DNA of 64,000 bases from Octopus vulgaris (GCA_951406725.2 OX597828.1:49228001-49292000), one strand, 5' to 3'. Positions 35,192 through 50,598 are shown, numbered from the stretch's first letter. Translations and numbers: made by a program. The notes: generated by a model not told the origin, from the letters alone.

Positions 35192-38100
35192 GGCTAGCAC
35201 AAGATAATCAGTTTGTAAATTTCCTATGAATTATGAGTCTAAATCATGGTATACGTGCCATGATATGGCGTGTGTGTGTGTGTGGTGGCTATTTTCATCT
35301 AAGTTAACAAAGGTAAATAGAAAAACAAAGTACAGCAGTAGGGTACCTCGAATCCTGTACCTTAATCCTCTGAAAAGAAAACAAGGTATTCATTTGGTTC
35401 TGTTATTTCGTTTAAAACACCACAATTTATTCAACATTTTCCATAATTCCATTATAACAATTTATGCACATTTCTACAATTATTTGCAACTTCCAGAGAA
35501 GTTTACCTTCATTTCCCTGTGTTCTCTCCCAGATGACATAAGTTAGTCTCTAATGATATATAACTGGTAACTGTTTTATCTCTCTTAAGAAGGTTAGAAA
35601 GGTTGTTTTGGCAAGGCAAGCTTTAAACTACTGAATCACACACACAAACACACACATATATAAAAACACGCATACTTATTTATCTATCTATCTGTCTGTC
35701 TGTCTATGTCTGTGCATGTATATATAGATGCAGGTGTGGCTATGTGGTAAGAAGTTTGCTTCCCAATTACATGGTCCCAGGTTCAGTCCCACTGCGTTGC
35801 ACCTTGGGTGTTTTTCTACTATAGCCTTAGGCCAACCAAAGCTTTATGAGTGGATTTGGAGGACAGAAACTGAAAACAGCCAGTTGCTTATATAAATTTC
35901 TGTGTCTTTGTGTTTCCCCCCCCCACACCATTTGACAACTGGCATTGGTGTGTTTACATCTCAATAACTTAGAAGTTCAGCGTAAGAGATTGATAGAATA
36001 AGTAAAATACTGGTGTTGATTCATTCAACTAAAAATTCTTCAAGGCAGTGCCCCAGCATGGCTGCAGTCTAATGATTGAAACAAGACACACACACACACG
36101 TATGTATTTCTCAGAGTGGTTGATGTTAGGAAGGGCATCCCGCCATAGAAATCATGCCAAATCAGAGTGGAGTCTGGTGCAACCTCTCAGCTTACCAGCC
36201 CTGGTCAAACTGTTCAACCCATGCCACCATGGACAACAGGTTTTATCATCACTAAGTGTGAGTGAGGGTGCTAAAGCACCTATGTCACTAGAAATAAGAG
36301 TTAACGACTCTTAATGCTGTAAGAAGAGCCAATATATATACACAAACAGGGGAGATGACCACACCGTGACCATCTCTAGAATCATAAGACTAGACTAGTT
36401 TCGCCTATTTCGTAGGCATCACAAACTCTACAACTGTATAACTATTATTTTCTCCACCTCACAAATCACCTGCCCCAGTAATACATCAACATAAGATGGC
36501 ATTTCTCAATGAAGTTCCCTAGAACCCTTTAGTATTTGCATTATTCTATCAAAAGTACTGCTTATTTATTCACATTGTTTTGAACTAATCATGCATTATC
36601 TTGTAGCTTTGAGATTTTGATGAAGTAACTATTCATTTTTAGAATTATATTGTAGGGTTGGTGTGAGAGGCCAGATCTGGCCAGTTTGCACATAAAACAG
36701 GGGAGAATATTTTGGCCAGATATGGCTGGTTTAAATGCTAAACGGTTAAAGTTCTGCAAATGACTGCTAAGGGTTTCTATTGGTGTGACCCTACATCTTT
36801 GCCATCGTTATCATCTTCTTTCCAGCTCTTCCCACCCACCAATCCTTAGATAATGCTGAGCTACCTGTCTGCCTGTCCCTCTATCACACTTTACACTCTC
36901 ATCACCCGATATAAAGCCACCCCGACTCGTTTTACTAAACTCCACTTGAGCCAAAAGGGATTAGATTATTGTTTGTCTTGAGAATTATTGACCCTACTAG
37001 TGCTGGTACTATCATCATCATCATCATCATTAACATAATCTTTCCATGCTGGCATGGGTTAGCTGGCTTCATTGTAACTGGTAAACCAAAGAGCTATACC
37101 AAGTTCCAGTCTAAATTTTGGCTAAATTTCTACAGCTGGATGCCCTTCCTAACACCAACCACTCTGAGAATGCAGTGGGTGCCTTTTAAGTATCACCAGC
37201 ATGGGTGTTTTTAAGTGTTGTCGGTACAAGTGCTTTTACATGTCACCAGCACGGGTGCTATAACGTGTCTTTGGCACAGGTGCTCGTGTGTCACTGGCAT
37301 GGTTGCCAGTTCTGGCTACAACAACGATTTCACTTGGCTTGATGAGTCTTCTCAAGCACAGCAAATCCCCAAAGGTCACGATCACTTGTCATTGCCTAGT
37401 TGGTATTAGGAAGGACATCCAGCCGGAAAACCCAGGCCAAAACAGATATTGGAGCTCAATGCAGTCCTGGGAAACACTGGATCATGAAACCATGGATGTT
37501 TAATGATAATGATGATGCTAATTATATGCAAATTCATTTGTGTGTTTAGAATTACGTTTGTAATTTCATAATATATGTATGGAAATCCTGGCATCTTCAG
37601 GAAAAATTATCTCTCAATAAGGAATTATGAGAATTTGGTCTAAACAAGGTTATGGTTAGGATGGAATTTCTCAAGCTTTTTTTCTGTAGCATCTGATAGA
37701 TTTAGAACTGCTAAATCTTTCAAAGGTATTTTTTGGATTTGTTTTAATTATGTTAGCATGGATTAGACGAATATATTGTTGCAACACTGTTTTACAGCCA
37801 GATGTCCTTCTTGCTAATTTATACCTGTTTTTCAAGTAAAGGACATTTTATTTCACACATTTTCTAAAGTACATAGCCAACAGGCGCTTTCTCAACATAA
37901 GAAATGACACCAGCATCACCTCTTATAGCTTGTGATTTCTGAAGAAGCACAAACACACACACATATATACGATCAGCTCTTTCACTTTGTGTAACCAAAT
38001 CTACTTCGCAAGAAGACACAGAATTTGTTAATATTATTAATTACATAACAGAAAACAACAACGAAGTTTAGCAGTTTCCCCCTTTAGCACTTAAACTGGC

Positions 38101-39275
38101 AATATCTGGTTCAAACATTCTACCAGTTTTATGTTCAAACCAGCCAGATTCTGCCTCTCACACCAACCCTTACAATGTCATTTCAAGACTAAAACAATTA
38201 CTTCATCAAAATCTTGAAGGTACAAGATAATGCATGTTTAATTGAAAGCAATGCGAATATATTAAGCATTACATTTGCCATTTTAGAGTAATCTGAATGC
38301 TAAAGGGTTAAAGTTTAGTAAAGTCTGGAAGAGCTCAGCAAAGTTGAACAGAAGCAAGGCCAAATGGTTAAAAAGCTCACCTCGCAACCATGAGGTTTAA
38401 TCCAACTGTGTAGGATTTGGGGTAAGAGCAGTTACCGTGTGCCCCCCTGCTGATCTAAGCCATGTGAATGTAGCTGGGCGGGTGGAAACTACAGAAAGAA
38501 GCCTGTCCTTGTCACACCTGTGTCAGGATGTTCCAGATTGCGAATCATGCTGGGGGTGGGGGTGGGGGGTGGATATGTCCATGGTATACCCATCCAATTC
38601 ACAAGACAATTCACGGTTCAAGGTTTAGAAAGAACAAGTGGTATAGTTGTTGTTGTTGTAGCTGTGACCCCTAACTATGACCTCCTCCCCACCCCAACTG
38701 CTTTCTGTTCTGTCCTGGTTCAAAGTTGGGGTGGTCACTTCTTCTGGAACAAACGCAGTTTCGAGAAACATGCAAAAATCAAAGAAGGTTTAGTCTGTCA
38801 TAGATAACAGCTGAAACGTTAGGAAGAAATTCTTTGATAAGGAATCGGTTTAATGAACTGACTTTAAACTAACATCTGTGGAGGCCAAGTAAGTACCTTT
38901 AGTTACCAAGTCTTGGCAAATACAGCAAGAACTGGAGCACCGAGATTTGGCACCCTTTCACTCACCAGAATCTCTCTTCTTTAAATAAAGTGTGGAATGT
39001 CAAGCGAGATAACAGAAAACATGATTCGGATTTGGGTAAAGATAAACAAAAATGACTTGATGCCAAGCGTGTGTATGCACATGTGTGTGTGTGTGTGTGT
39101 GTAGAGTAAGAGAGATATTATATATACATATATATTTAATAATCAGTATCAGTTACACAGTGACTTGTGGGCCAAGAAGTTCATGCATTGGCATGTTGAT
39201 AAGTACCTAGGCATGAAACTGTACACTCACACACACACTCATGTTTTTGAGTTTTATTTTCCTGTTTGCATCACC

Positions 39276-39342
<67 letters not shown>

Positions 39343-40555
39343 TGTGTGTGTGTGTGTGCACGTATATACATATATATATATATAAATGAGGAGAGAGAGA
39401 GAGAAAGGTGGGTAGATACATAGACACATAACTAGACATAGATAAAGCGACAGACCAAGAAATAGAGAGACAGACAGACAGACAAACAAACAAACAGGTA
39501 AACAGACAGATTGGGAGATGAATATATGGATGGATGAACAGACAGACAGGTAAATAGATTGAGTTAAGTGTGAGTTTTAAATCTTCCAGTCTCTCACCCA
39601 TCTCTTGAAATGAAATTAAACATTTTGCACTTGAGAGATTTTCAAGTAAAGAGAACTCAAAAACATCGTTTGAATTTCTGCAGCAATCTACCAGGTGCAC
39701 GCGCACATGTGCGTATACACATGCATATTCAGAAATCCCTTCAGTATTTAAATAATATTTATAAAATATTTATTCTTTTTACTATGTTACACTTTTGCTT
39801 TAACCCTTCAGTATTTAAACCGGCCATATCCGGCCAAAATATTTTATCTGCTTTATGTTCAAATTGACCAGATCCAGGCCCTCACACCTACCCTACAATG
39901 TTATTCTACATTAAGTAATTACACCATCAAGATCTTGAAGATATGAGATAATGCATGATTAATTCAAATCAATGTGAATCAATAAGCATTATGTTTGATA
40001 GAATAATCAGAACACTTTTGCTTTAATATTTGATTGATTAAACTGTTTGATGCGGTGCCCCAGCATGGCCACAGTACAATGATTGAAACAATTAAATGAA
40101 TATATTCTTGATGCTGTCTTTGCTATTTTATTTTGAATTGCCACTGCTGCCACCATCCTCATCATTTAACGTCCACCTTCCATGCTGGCATGGGTTGGAT
40201 GGTTTGACAGGAGCTGGCCAGGCAGGAGCCTACACCAGACTCCTGTGTCTGTTTTGGCATGGATTTTATGGCTGGATGCCCTTTCTAACACCAAAGACCC
40301 AACAGAGTGGACTGAGTGTTTTTTTTCACGTGGCACCAGCACAGGTAAAGTCAGTTTCGATATGGTTTTTACAGCTGGATGCCCTTCCAAATGCCACACT
40401 CTACAGTGTGGACTGGATGCTTTTTACACGGCACCAGCACTTACAAGATCACCTAGTAACTTGCAAGACAAAGATCCTTTGAGAGGGGAGGAGGGCACTG
40501 AAGGAGGGGATCTCGTGACAGATGAAAGTTTATAGTGAGACAGAAACAGATGCCT

Positions 40556-40967
40556 AACAGAAACGTTAGCACACCGGGCGAAGAGCGTAGCCATATTTCG
40601 TCTGCCATTACGTCCTGAGTTCAAATTCCGCCAAGGTCAACTTTGCCTTTCATCCTTTCGGGGTTGATAAATATAGTACCAGTTACGCACTGGGGTCGAT
40701 GTAATCGACTAAATCCGTTTGTCTGTCCTTGTTTGTCCTCTCTGTGTTTAGCCCATTGTGGGTAGTAAAGAAATAGGTATTTCATCTGTCTTTACATTCT
40801 GAGTTCAAATTCCACCGAGGTTGACTTTGCCTTTCATCCTTTCGGGGTTGATAAATTAAGTACCAGTTAACGCACTGGGGTCGATATAATCGACTTAATC
40901 CCTTTGTCTGTCCTTGTTTGTCCCCTCTATGTTTAGCCCTTTGTGGGCAATAAAGAAATAAGAAATA
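40556..40967 (+). mobile_element. Dimeric SINE B with TSD
   Basis: Same dimer junction with one substitution; exact 14-bp TSD AGAAACAGATGCCT (40542-40555, 40968-40981). Confidence 0.88.
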
Positions 40968-41013
40968 AGAAACAGATGCCTTGCTGTAGGGGAGGTACAT
41001 GGAGGGAGAGAGA

Positions 41014-41064
<51 letters not shown>

Positions 41065-43090
41065 GTACAGAAACAGGTGCGCTGCTGTAAAGGAGATACA
41101 TGGTTACCTAACCTGAGGGAGGAGCAGGAGAAAGAGTGAGAGAGTAGGAGGCAGCAGGAGGGCAAGAGAGAGCAGGAGAGATGATGGCAAAATGCAGGGC
41201 ATCATACCAGTACAGGTTGGATGGTTTAACAGAATCTGATGACCTAGAGGACTGCATCGAGCCCCAACGTCTATTTTCACAAGGTTTCTATAGCTGGATG
41301 CCCTTCCTAATGGATGCAAACATTTTACAGAGTGTACTGGATGCTGTTTTTTTCCTTTTCATGGCACCAACATCAGTGAGGTCATCAAGTAATTTGCAAG
41401 ACAAAGGAAAAAGAAATCTCCAATTGAGTGGAGATGGAGTAAAGAGTGGGGGTAGGGTTTCTTGTCAGGTGTTGAGAGACTAAATTATGATAGAAGGATA
41501 GAGCAGATGAAGAGGCATTCATCAAAAAAAAAAACTCGAGACTTTTGTTGTTAGCCTGAAGTGACTTTTGAATCAGCACCAGTAGACTGGGTGGAAAATC
41601 CTGCCTTAGTTTAAAGAATCTACTGTTATCTCCATCTTCGACATAATTAAGAAACATGAGAAGACAAACAATAAGTTTATAATAATGGGTTCACAGCAAT
41701 TCTATGGAAATTGTAAGAGAGAAAGAAGGGGAGAAAGGAGGAGAAAGCAAGAAAGCGAGGGAGAGAAAACTGAAGAATTATTACTCGGAGAAGATTATCA
41801 AATTTGTTTTCCCAATAGCAATTTATATTTTACGCGTTATTGACTTCAGCTTTTGTATTTTAAATATTTTACCAGATATTTCAGTCAACCCATTCACTCT
41901 ACAAAAGCCATTTTCCACTCATTTTCACAACCATTATTGTTATTATTATTATTATTATTATTATCATCATCATTATTATCCTCCTCCTCCTTTTCTTTCT
42001 TCTCTCTCTCTCCCTCTCTCGTGTGCGCATGTGCACATAAATCATGCTTTTGTATGAACAGTCACTTTCATTTATATTCAGCACACACAAACACACACAC
42101 ATTATTTATACGCGTGACAAGCTTCTTCCAGTTTCCACCTACCAAATTCCACTCGCAAAGCACTGGTCAAGCCATGGCTATACCATGCAGTGGGAATAAC
42201 CCCCTAAACAACATGCCTAGATCTGTGTTCATTCAATGCCTGTTTTTTTTCCAAGCTAACATGAGTTTGGACTAAGATTTATTTCGGATAGGATTTTACA
42301 GCCAGGAACTCTTCCTGCCAGCAACCCATACCTGTTTTTCCGATAAGGGCCATCTTTAAGGCACAGGTTTTTGAAACCACAGAATGACCAGTCATAATGA
42401 CCAAAAAGAATGCCATCAGGCATTGCTTTGTTAAAGTGGTAGTGAGGTGGAATACATAAGCACTGATGCACACATACGCACATATAAATGCATGCATGCA
42501 TGCACACACACACACACACACAGGTGCAAGTGTGACTGTGCGGTTGAGAAGCTTGCTTCCCAACCATGAAATCTTGGGTTCAATCCCACAGAATGGCACC
42601 TTGGGCAACTATCTTCTACTGTAGCTCCAGGCCAACCAAAACCGTATGAGTGGATTTGGAAGACAGAAACCAAAAGAGGTCTGTCATATGTGTGTGTGTA
42701 TGTGTGTGTGTGCATGCATGTGTGTGTGTATATATATTGGTGCCACATAGAAAGCACCAGTGCTGGTACCATCATGTGGAAAGCAACCAGTACACTCTGT
42801 GAAGTGGGTGGCATTAGGAAGGGCATCTGGCTGTAGAGACCGTGCCCAAAACAGACAACAGAGTCTGGTACCTCCCCCGGCCTTACCAGCTCCTGTCAAA
42901 CTGTCCAACCCATGCCAACATGAAAAACTGATGGTAAACGATGATGATGATGATGAAAGCAAAGACCTCAGTGATGGCTGACCACCCGAGATCACTCAAT
43001 AGGTCAACAAACTCAAGATCTGGATATTAAATACCACAGTATTTCCTATTATGCATTTTACTGTGAAATGGGCAATATAGTAGTAGTAGT

Positions 43091-43474
43091 GGAGGTGCAA
43101 TGGCCCAGTGGTTAGGGCAGCGGACTCGCGGTCATAGGATCGCGGTTTTGATTCCCAGACCGGGCGTTGTGAGTGTTTATTGAGCGAAAACACCTAAAAG
43201 CTCCACGAGGCTCCGGCAGGGGATGGTGGTGATCCCTTCTGTACTCTTTCGCCACAACTCTCTCTCACTCTTACTTCCTGTTTCTGTTGTACCTGTATTT
43301 CAAGGGGCCGGCCTTGTCACTCTCTGTGTCACGCTGAATATACCCGAGAACTACGTTAAGGGTGCACGTGTCTGTGGAGTGCTCAGCCACTTACACGTTA
43401 ATTTCACGAGCAGGCTGTTCCGTTGATTCGGATCAACCGGAACCCTCGTCGTCGTAACCGACGGAGTGCTTCCA
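43091..43474 (+). mobile_element. Young tRNA-derived SINE, family H
   Basis: A box tggcccagtgg, B-box-like ggttttgattccc, CpG-rich; flanked on both sides by tagtagtagt; near-identical inverted copy at 49450-49836. Confidence 0.85.
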
Positions 43475-44421
43475 ATAGTAGTAGTGGTGGTGGTGGTGGT
43501 GATAGTCATCACAGAGAACATCTTTTTATTGCCTCATAACTATAGGCTTCTGCATGGTATTATAATTATAGGCTCCTCTCTAACAAGTTGCTATTTATTA
43601 CATCATGAATTTGCCCCCCGGCCCCAATAGTCTGGCCCCTTTTGTAGTGTGGGGTTGGTTGCCTGCAGGCCACAATGGCCCAGAGAACTATGTCAGCAGA
43701 GCCTTCCACAATGGACAAGCCAAAAGATATCTTTAATTCTCTTGCTTGTTTCAGTCATTAGACTATGGCCATGCTGGGGCACTACCGTGAAGGATTTTTA
43801 GTCACTTGAATCAACCCCCAGTACTTATTCTATCGGTCTCTCTTGCTGAATGGCTAAGTTATGAGGGATGTAAACACACCAACATTGGTTGTCATGTGGT
43901 GGCAGGGTACAAACAGACACACACACACACACACACATACATACACAATGGACATCTTTCAGTTTCCATCTACCAAATCCACTCACAAGGCCTTGGTCAG
44001 CCTGGGGCTATAACAGAAGACACACAGTGGGACTGAAACTGGAACCATGTGGTTGGGTAGCAAGCTCTTACCACACAGCCACACCTTAAGGCCAGACTAA
44101 TATAGGCCACTTCTTCCCAAAGGTAAAGTTGAGTGCGCCTAGGGTTAACACCCTAGAAAAAAGTGAAGTTACAGACGCATCAGTGACAATTTTAAACCAA
44201 CATGATCTGAAAGAGGAAAAACAGCCGAGAGTTGAGAAAGTGGAGAAAAGTGGATGGCCAAGTATAGGCTTCCTTATAATAAGTGGCTCTTTATCATATG
44301 TCATATCTATGGTGGCCAGAAAGAGAAAAGAAGCCTGCTGTCTATGTATATATATAAATATATAGACAACAGGATTCTTTTCTCTTTGGGTGCTTTTTAT
44401 GCCACCAGCATGTATACATAT

Positions 44422-44465
<44 letters not shown>

Positions 44466-47452
44466 ACATGCTGGTGGCATGTAAAAAAGCACCAAGGGCA
44501 CTTTGTAAAGTGGTTGGCATTAGGAAGGGCATCTTGCCATAGAAATCATGTCAATACAGACGCTCAGAGCTTGGTGCAGCCCTCCAACTTGCCAGCTGCT
44601 GTCTAACTGTCCAACCGATGCCAGCACAGAAAACAGACATTAAATGATGACGTTATATCTATATGCACACACACACACACACACACAAACTTGTTGTGAT
44701 ATCACTTGATAGTCATAAACGAGTATCACTGTCATGCAAGTGGAATCCTTCATTTGCAATCTTCCGTGTAAACATGTCCAGCCATAAGGAAATGTTAACC
44801 ACTTGCGAACTGTGTGAGGGTTAGCAACAGGAAAGGCATCTGGCTGTAGAAAATATGAGCTTCAGTGAATTCTATGACTCATGTGAGCTAGGAAAAAGTG
44901 CATATTGAAAATGATGAAGAGGAAGAGGTGCCATATAAAATTGGTGCCATATAAAATACACCCATGCAAGTGCACTGTAAAAAGCACCCATGCTTGTGGC
45001 ACATAATGAACACCCAGTCCACTTTGTGAAGTGGTTGGCGTTAGGAAATGCATCCAGCCATAGAAACCAACCCAAAACAGAAGAATTAGAGCCTGGTGCA
45101 ACTCTCTGGCTTGCCAGCACCTATCAAACCATCCAACCCATGCCAGCATGGAGAATGGATGTTAAATGATGATGATGATGATGATGATGATGGTGATGAT
45201 ACAGACACACATTCATTTATGTTGTTAAGGTTACAGTTAAGAAAATGTAATGTTAATAAGCACCACATTTTCCTAACCATCTTTGCAAAGGAAATACTAT
45301 TCCTGATAGTGAGTTGAAAAACAATGCATCAGAAATAATGATGTGCTGTAAGATCCTAACCCACCACCACCACCACATTATCATGATCACAACCACCACT
45401 ACTGCCTCTGCCTCTGCCATCTCCATCATCACCACACTATTACGATCATAATCACTCCCACCCCCTCACCATGTGATTATTGCTGTAATATAAAGAGATT
45501 TGAGATAAGAACACAGCTATATTAAACACAAGAAATAATTCCTGTTTCTTGAAATAAAACAAATCTCCCCTCCTGCTCTCTCTCTCCCTCCTTCCCTCAC
45601 ACACACACTCTCTCTCCCTCTCCCTCCCTCCCACTCTCTCTCCATGATAAGTAAGAATGAGTAGACTTATTGAACAGTGCTACCTCAGAAGCTCTTACAG
45701 CAGACTTGCGGCTCACTTCATTTCTCTAATTTTCACTACTTCAGCATCACAATCATTTTTTTTCTCCCCCTTCTTTATCTTTCATCTTTAAAGAACATAT
45801 AATATTTGCAATCTTCACGTATTTTTTTTTCTCCTTTTCTTCTTTCATCTTCAAAAGCTTCTTCAAGAATTACCATATTTATCTTGTCACCCCCCCTTCC
45901 TTCTCTCACTTTCTCATTGCACATATTTCAATATTCTAGTTACCAAATATAGCAATTCTTTCACATTCTCTCTCTCTCTCTCCACCTGGAAATTGTAAAC
46001 AATGATAGAATGAAATAGATTTAAAACGAGAGAGAATGTTGAGATTCCCAGAGCCGAGGGAGTAGAACAGACTTAATCAACAACACAAAGATGTTTTAAC
46101 AACGTACTACAGAAACTAAGATAGATCGGCAAATCGACTGGTTGATTCTCCAAGATATCTTCACACAGATATCAACATAACCACAAAGGCAGCACTTGTG
46201 GAAATCATATCAACACTTGGTGCAGTTTATTTTTGATATAAGGGGCGTACTGTTATTGTCTGTCATATCATCATCATCATCGTTTAATGTCCGTTCTCCA
46301 TGCTAGCACGGGTTGGACGGTTCGGCCGGGGTCTGAGAAGCCAGGGGCTGCACCAGGCTCCAGTCTGATCTGGCAGTGTTTCTACAGCTGGATGCCCTTC
46401 TGAATGCCAACCACTCCGCGAGTGTAGTGGGTGCTTTTAACGTGCCACCGGCACGGAAGCCAATCAAGGCGGCGCTGGCATTGGCCACGTTCAGATGGTG
46501 CTTTTTATGTGCCACCGGCACAGAAGCCAGTCGAGGTGGCGCTGGCATCGGCCACGTTCAGAAGGTGCTTTTTATGTGCCACCGGCACAATGATATAGAA
46601 AACACAAGACTTATTAAGAGTAATGTATTAGGGTCTTAAAAAACGGTAAGCCCGCAGAATTGTTAGCATGCCAGGCAAAATGCTAAATGGCATTTCGTCT
46701 ATCTTTGCATTCTAATTTCAAATTCCGCCAAAGTCAGCTTTGCCTTTCATCCTTTTGGGGTCGATAGTGTACTAGCTAAGCGCTGGGGTTGAGGTAATTG
46801 ACTTAACCCACTTCCATGAAATTGGTGGCCTTGTGTCAAAATTTGAAACCAATATATTAGGGTTTTAACCCCCCAAGCTTTAAGTTAACGCAACAGCTCC
46901 CAAACTTTGAAGCCCAGTGTCCCTTTCACTGAACGGCAAATGGTTTGGTACAATAAAGAAATAAATCCCAGCAGATTGTTTTAAATCAAATAGAAAATAA
47001 ATTTGTTCAGTGGTTTTATTATTTTTTCATTCTATCTTATCCAGAATGTGCCCCCATAATCATATACTTGCTTGGACTAGTGACCCCTATATCAAATTAT
47101 GAACCAGTGCTCTTATATTAAATATTTAGGTACAGCAAAACCCTATGTTGAATACTTAGGGAATAACTAGCACTCCGTCACTTATGATGACAAGGGTTCC
47201 CGTTGATCTGATCAATGGAAGAACTTGCTTGTGAAATTAACGTGTAAATGGTTGAGCATTCCACAGACATATGTACCCTTAAAGTATTTCTCAGAGATAT
47301 TCAGCATGACACAGAGTGTGACAAGACCTTACAATCATAAGCCGAGTACTTATTCTATAAGGTCTCTTTTGCCGAACTGCTAAGTTACGGGAACGTAAAC
47401 ACACCAGCATCAGTTGTCAAGCGATGTTGGGGGGACAAACACAGACACACAA

Positions 47453-47495
<43 letters not shown>

Positions 47496-48742
47496 CACAA
47501 TGGGCTTCTTTCAGTTTCCGTCTACCAAATCCACCCACAAGGCTTTAGTTTGGCCAAGGCTATAGTAGAAGGCACTTGCCCAAGGTGCCACGCCTGAACC
47601 CGGAACCATGTGGTTGGTAAGCAAGCTACTTACCACAAAGCCACTCCTGCCCTTGGTAATATTGAAAACATTTCTCTTTCTGGTCAATCCCTCATTACCT
47701 CCTTTAAGTTCCACTTAATGATGCAAGTGCTGCCTTTTTCGTAAATTTATTGGAAGGTGGGTAGAGCATCGAGAATGACCCTTGGGTGAATGGGCCAACC
47801 CCAGAGAACGTTGCTGTTCTTTCATTTGATTTGGATAAACTTGTTTTCCGTGCTACTGTCTCACCTCCTGGTTTGATTCCACAAACAGCTCCACTCGTTT
47901 TGTTAATTTATCCTCATAATGTCCTTTTGTCATTGCCCTTGTGGCAAATAAAAGAGATGATGATGATGATGATGAATGAATGTTGTTATTTTAAAGATCA
48001 ACAGCCAACTTGATCATCAGGCAAGATGAAATTATTAATAACAAGCCTTGCTTTAATAAGATTATATGCAAGATGTGATAGAAGTGTTTTTTGAGAGGAA
48101 AAATAGGTGTGTGTGTGTGTGTATGTGTGTGTGTGTGTCTTTAGCGCAGTATGTGTGTGAGTGTGAGATATGGAAAAGTGTGCTGTCTGTATAAGATGTA
48201 AGTAAATAGCGTAAGCGTGCATGTGTGTGTGTAGAAAGGTGTGGGTATGCATGTGTGTGTGTGTGAATATTTTTTAACCATAATTGATGTTTAGAAAAGC
48301 TATATTGACAAGTGTAGAGTTGTGATGGTTTGAAGAGCACTTATTGGTAAGAGAGAGAGAGAGGAGGGGAGAGGTGAAGATGGCTCTACTTGTAATAGAA
48401 TAAGTCTGTTCCACTGGCAAACCCTCACCAAAATATAAAAGAAAGCAAAATAAGATTGGGTTTTAATTAGCAGCACATTGTGTTGCCAAACTGGTAAGTA
48501 AATGAAGTTAGTTGCCAAGAACATGTTGTAGATACCATTCTGTGATGGAATTATGAAAACATCAAGCCTGACACTTATTTACATAGATTATCGGCTAAAT
48601 AGCTCAACCAGGAACCAATTAGAGAGAGAGAGAGAGAGATGAACTGGTTATCTATCTACGTTGTTGATTGGTTGCAGAAGTAGAGGCCGGTCGGATCTTC
48701 AAGTCCAGTTTTGCGTGAGAGAAGGCAGAAAGGAGAATACTG

Positions 48743-48796
<54 letters not shown>

Positions 48797-49449
48797 TGTG
48801 TGAATGAGAAAAAGAGAGATTGGTTTTAACATCAACAACAACTGCACATGTGATCAAGAAGCTGATGAAATATTCACAAAGCAAACAGTAGCATCTGCAG
48901 CCTGGACAAATGCCTAGAACATATTTATTTCGAAAAAAAGAAACATTCCCCACTTTTGTTAAAGGAATTTCTGTAAGTGAATTCCAGAGATGAAGGTTTG
49001 TGGTGCAGAAACGATATGTCTATATCAATCAGCAGTAAGATACATTAGACTCATACGCCGATGATATCTCACTCACTGACACCATTCAGTATGGGGAATG
49101 GTAAACTGTACCAATTCTGCTGGGACAGCTTTGAGAAAAGAAAGGAAGGAAGAAAAAAAAGAAAGAAAAAAATCTCCTTTTACATTCTCTAAGGAGAAGA
49201 TTCAAGTTGAGAATTAATACCGATGTATTTTTGAAATGGAAGAATTCGGTCCAGGTTTGTTGAATTATCAAGTGTATGTTTTGAATGCAGGAATCTCAAG
49301 TTGACCAGCAGGCAGAAGAGAGACTATTATTACATTTGTTATGTAATATTATTAGACGTGGTTATGAAATAGAAAGGAATAAAAATTATGTGATTGGAGA
49401 TTGTTAGAACAAGACCAGGCTCCCCTATAGAACATTCATTCAACAGATT

Positions 49450-49836
49450 GGATGGAAGTACTCCGTCGGTTACGACGACGAGGGTTCCGGTTGATCCGAA
49501 TCAACGGAACAGCCTGCTCGTGAAATTAACGTGTAAGTGGCTGAGCACTCCACAGACACGTGTACCCTTAACGTAGTTCTCGGGGATATTCAGCGTGACA
49601 CAGAGAATGACAAGGCCGGCCCTTTGAAATACAGGTACAACAGAAACAGGAAGTAAGAGTGAGAGAAAGTTGTGGTGAAAGAGTACAGCAGGGATCATCA
49701 CCATCCTCCGCCGGAGCCTCGTGGAGCTTTAGGTGTTTTCGCTCAATAAACACTCACAACGCCCAGTCTGGGAATCGAAACCGCGATCCTATGACCGCGA
49801 GTTCGCTGCCCTAACCACTGGGCCATTGCGCCTCCA
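49450..49836 (-). mobile_element. Young SINE family H copy
   Basis: Reverse complement of 43091-43474; exact 13-bp TSD CATTCAACAGATT (49437-49449, 49837-49849). Confidence 0.88.
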
Positions 49837-50598
49837 CATTCAACAGATTACATAATCTTTTATTTGTTTCAGTCATTACACTGCTGCCATGCTGGAGCCC
49901 AGCCTTGAAGAATTTTCATCAAAGGAATTGACCCCAGCACTTTTTCTTTTGGAAGCCCGGTTCTTATTCTATCAGTCTCTTTTGCTGAGCCACTAAGTTA
50001 CAGAGACATAAACACGCTAACACCAGTTGTCAAGTGGTGGTGGGGGGCAAATACAGACATACATACACAACAGGCTTCTTTCAGTTTCCGCCTGCCAAAT
50101 CCACTCACAAAGCCTTGATCAGCCTGAGGCTAAAGTTGAAGACACTTGCCCAAGGTGCCTTGCAGTGGGACTGAACTCAGAACCACGTGTTTGGGAGGCA
50201 AACTTCATACCACACACATGCCAATGTGACATGTGTGTGTGTACGAGATTTTAATTAATATACATATATATTACAAGACAAATGTGGAATGAAATAGTTT
50301 GGCCAGCTAAGACAGAAGTGACTCAATGGAAATTACATAAGCTCTATTCTGATTGGCTGGTTGCCTACTTCATTTCTACTATAACAAGAGAAAGATCGTC
50401 TTTTTTTCCTATGCTTGCATGGGCCAGACGGAATTTGCTGAGGTAGACTTTCTATGGCTGGATACCTTTCCTGTCACCAAGCCTTGCTCAATTCCAATTA
50501 AGGTAATGTTTCTCCTGGGCGAGACATGTTTTCATGGAAGATTGAAAATTAATACCACCATAAAAAAAAAAAAAAAAAAAAAAAAAAACTGTTCCAAT

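Noticed and set aside
43091-43165. Possible tRNA gene (likewise the heads at 671 and 31921)
   Set aside because: A/B boxes run directly into a multi-copy SINE body, with no complete cloverleaf or Pol III terminator.
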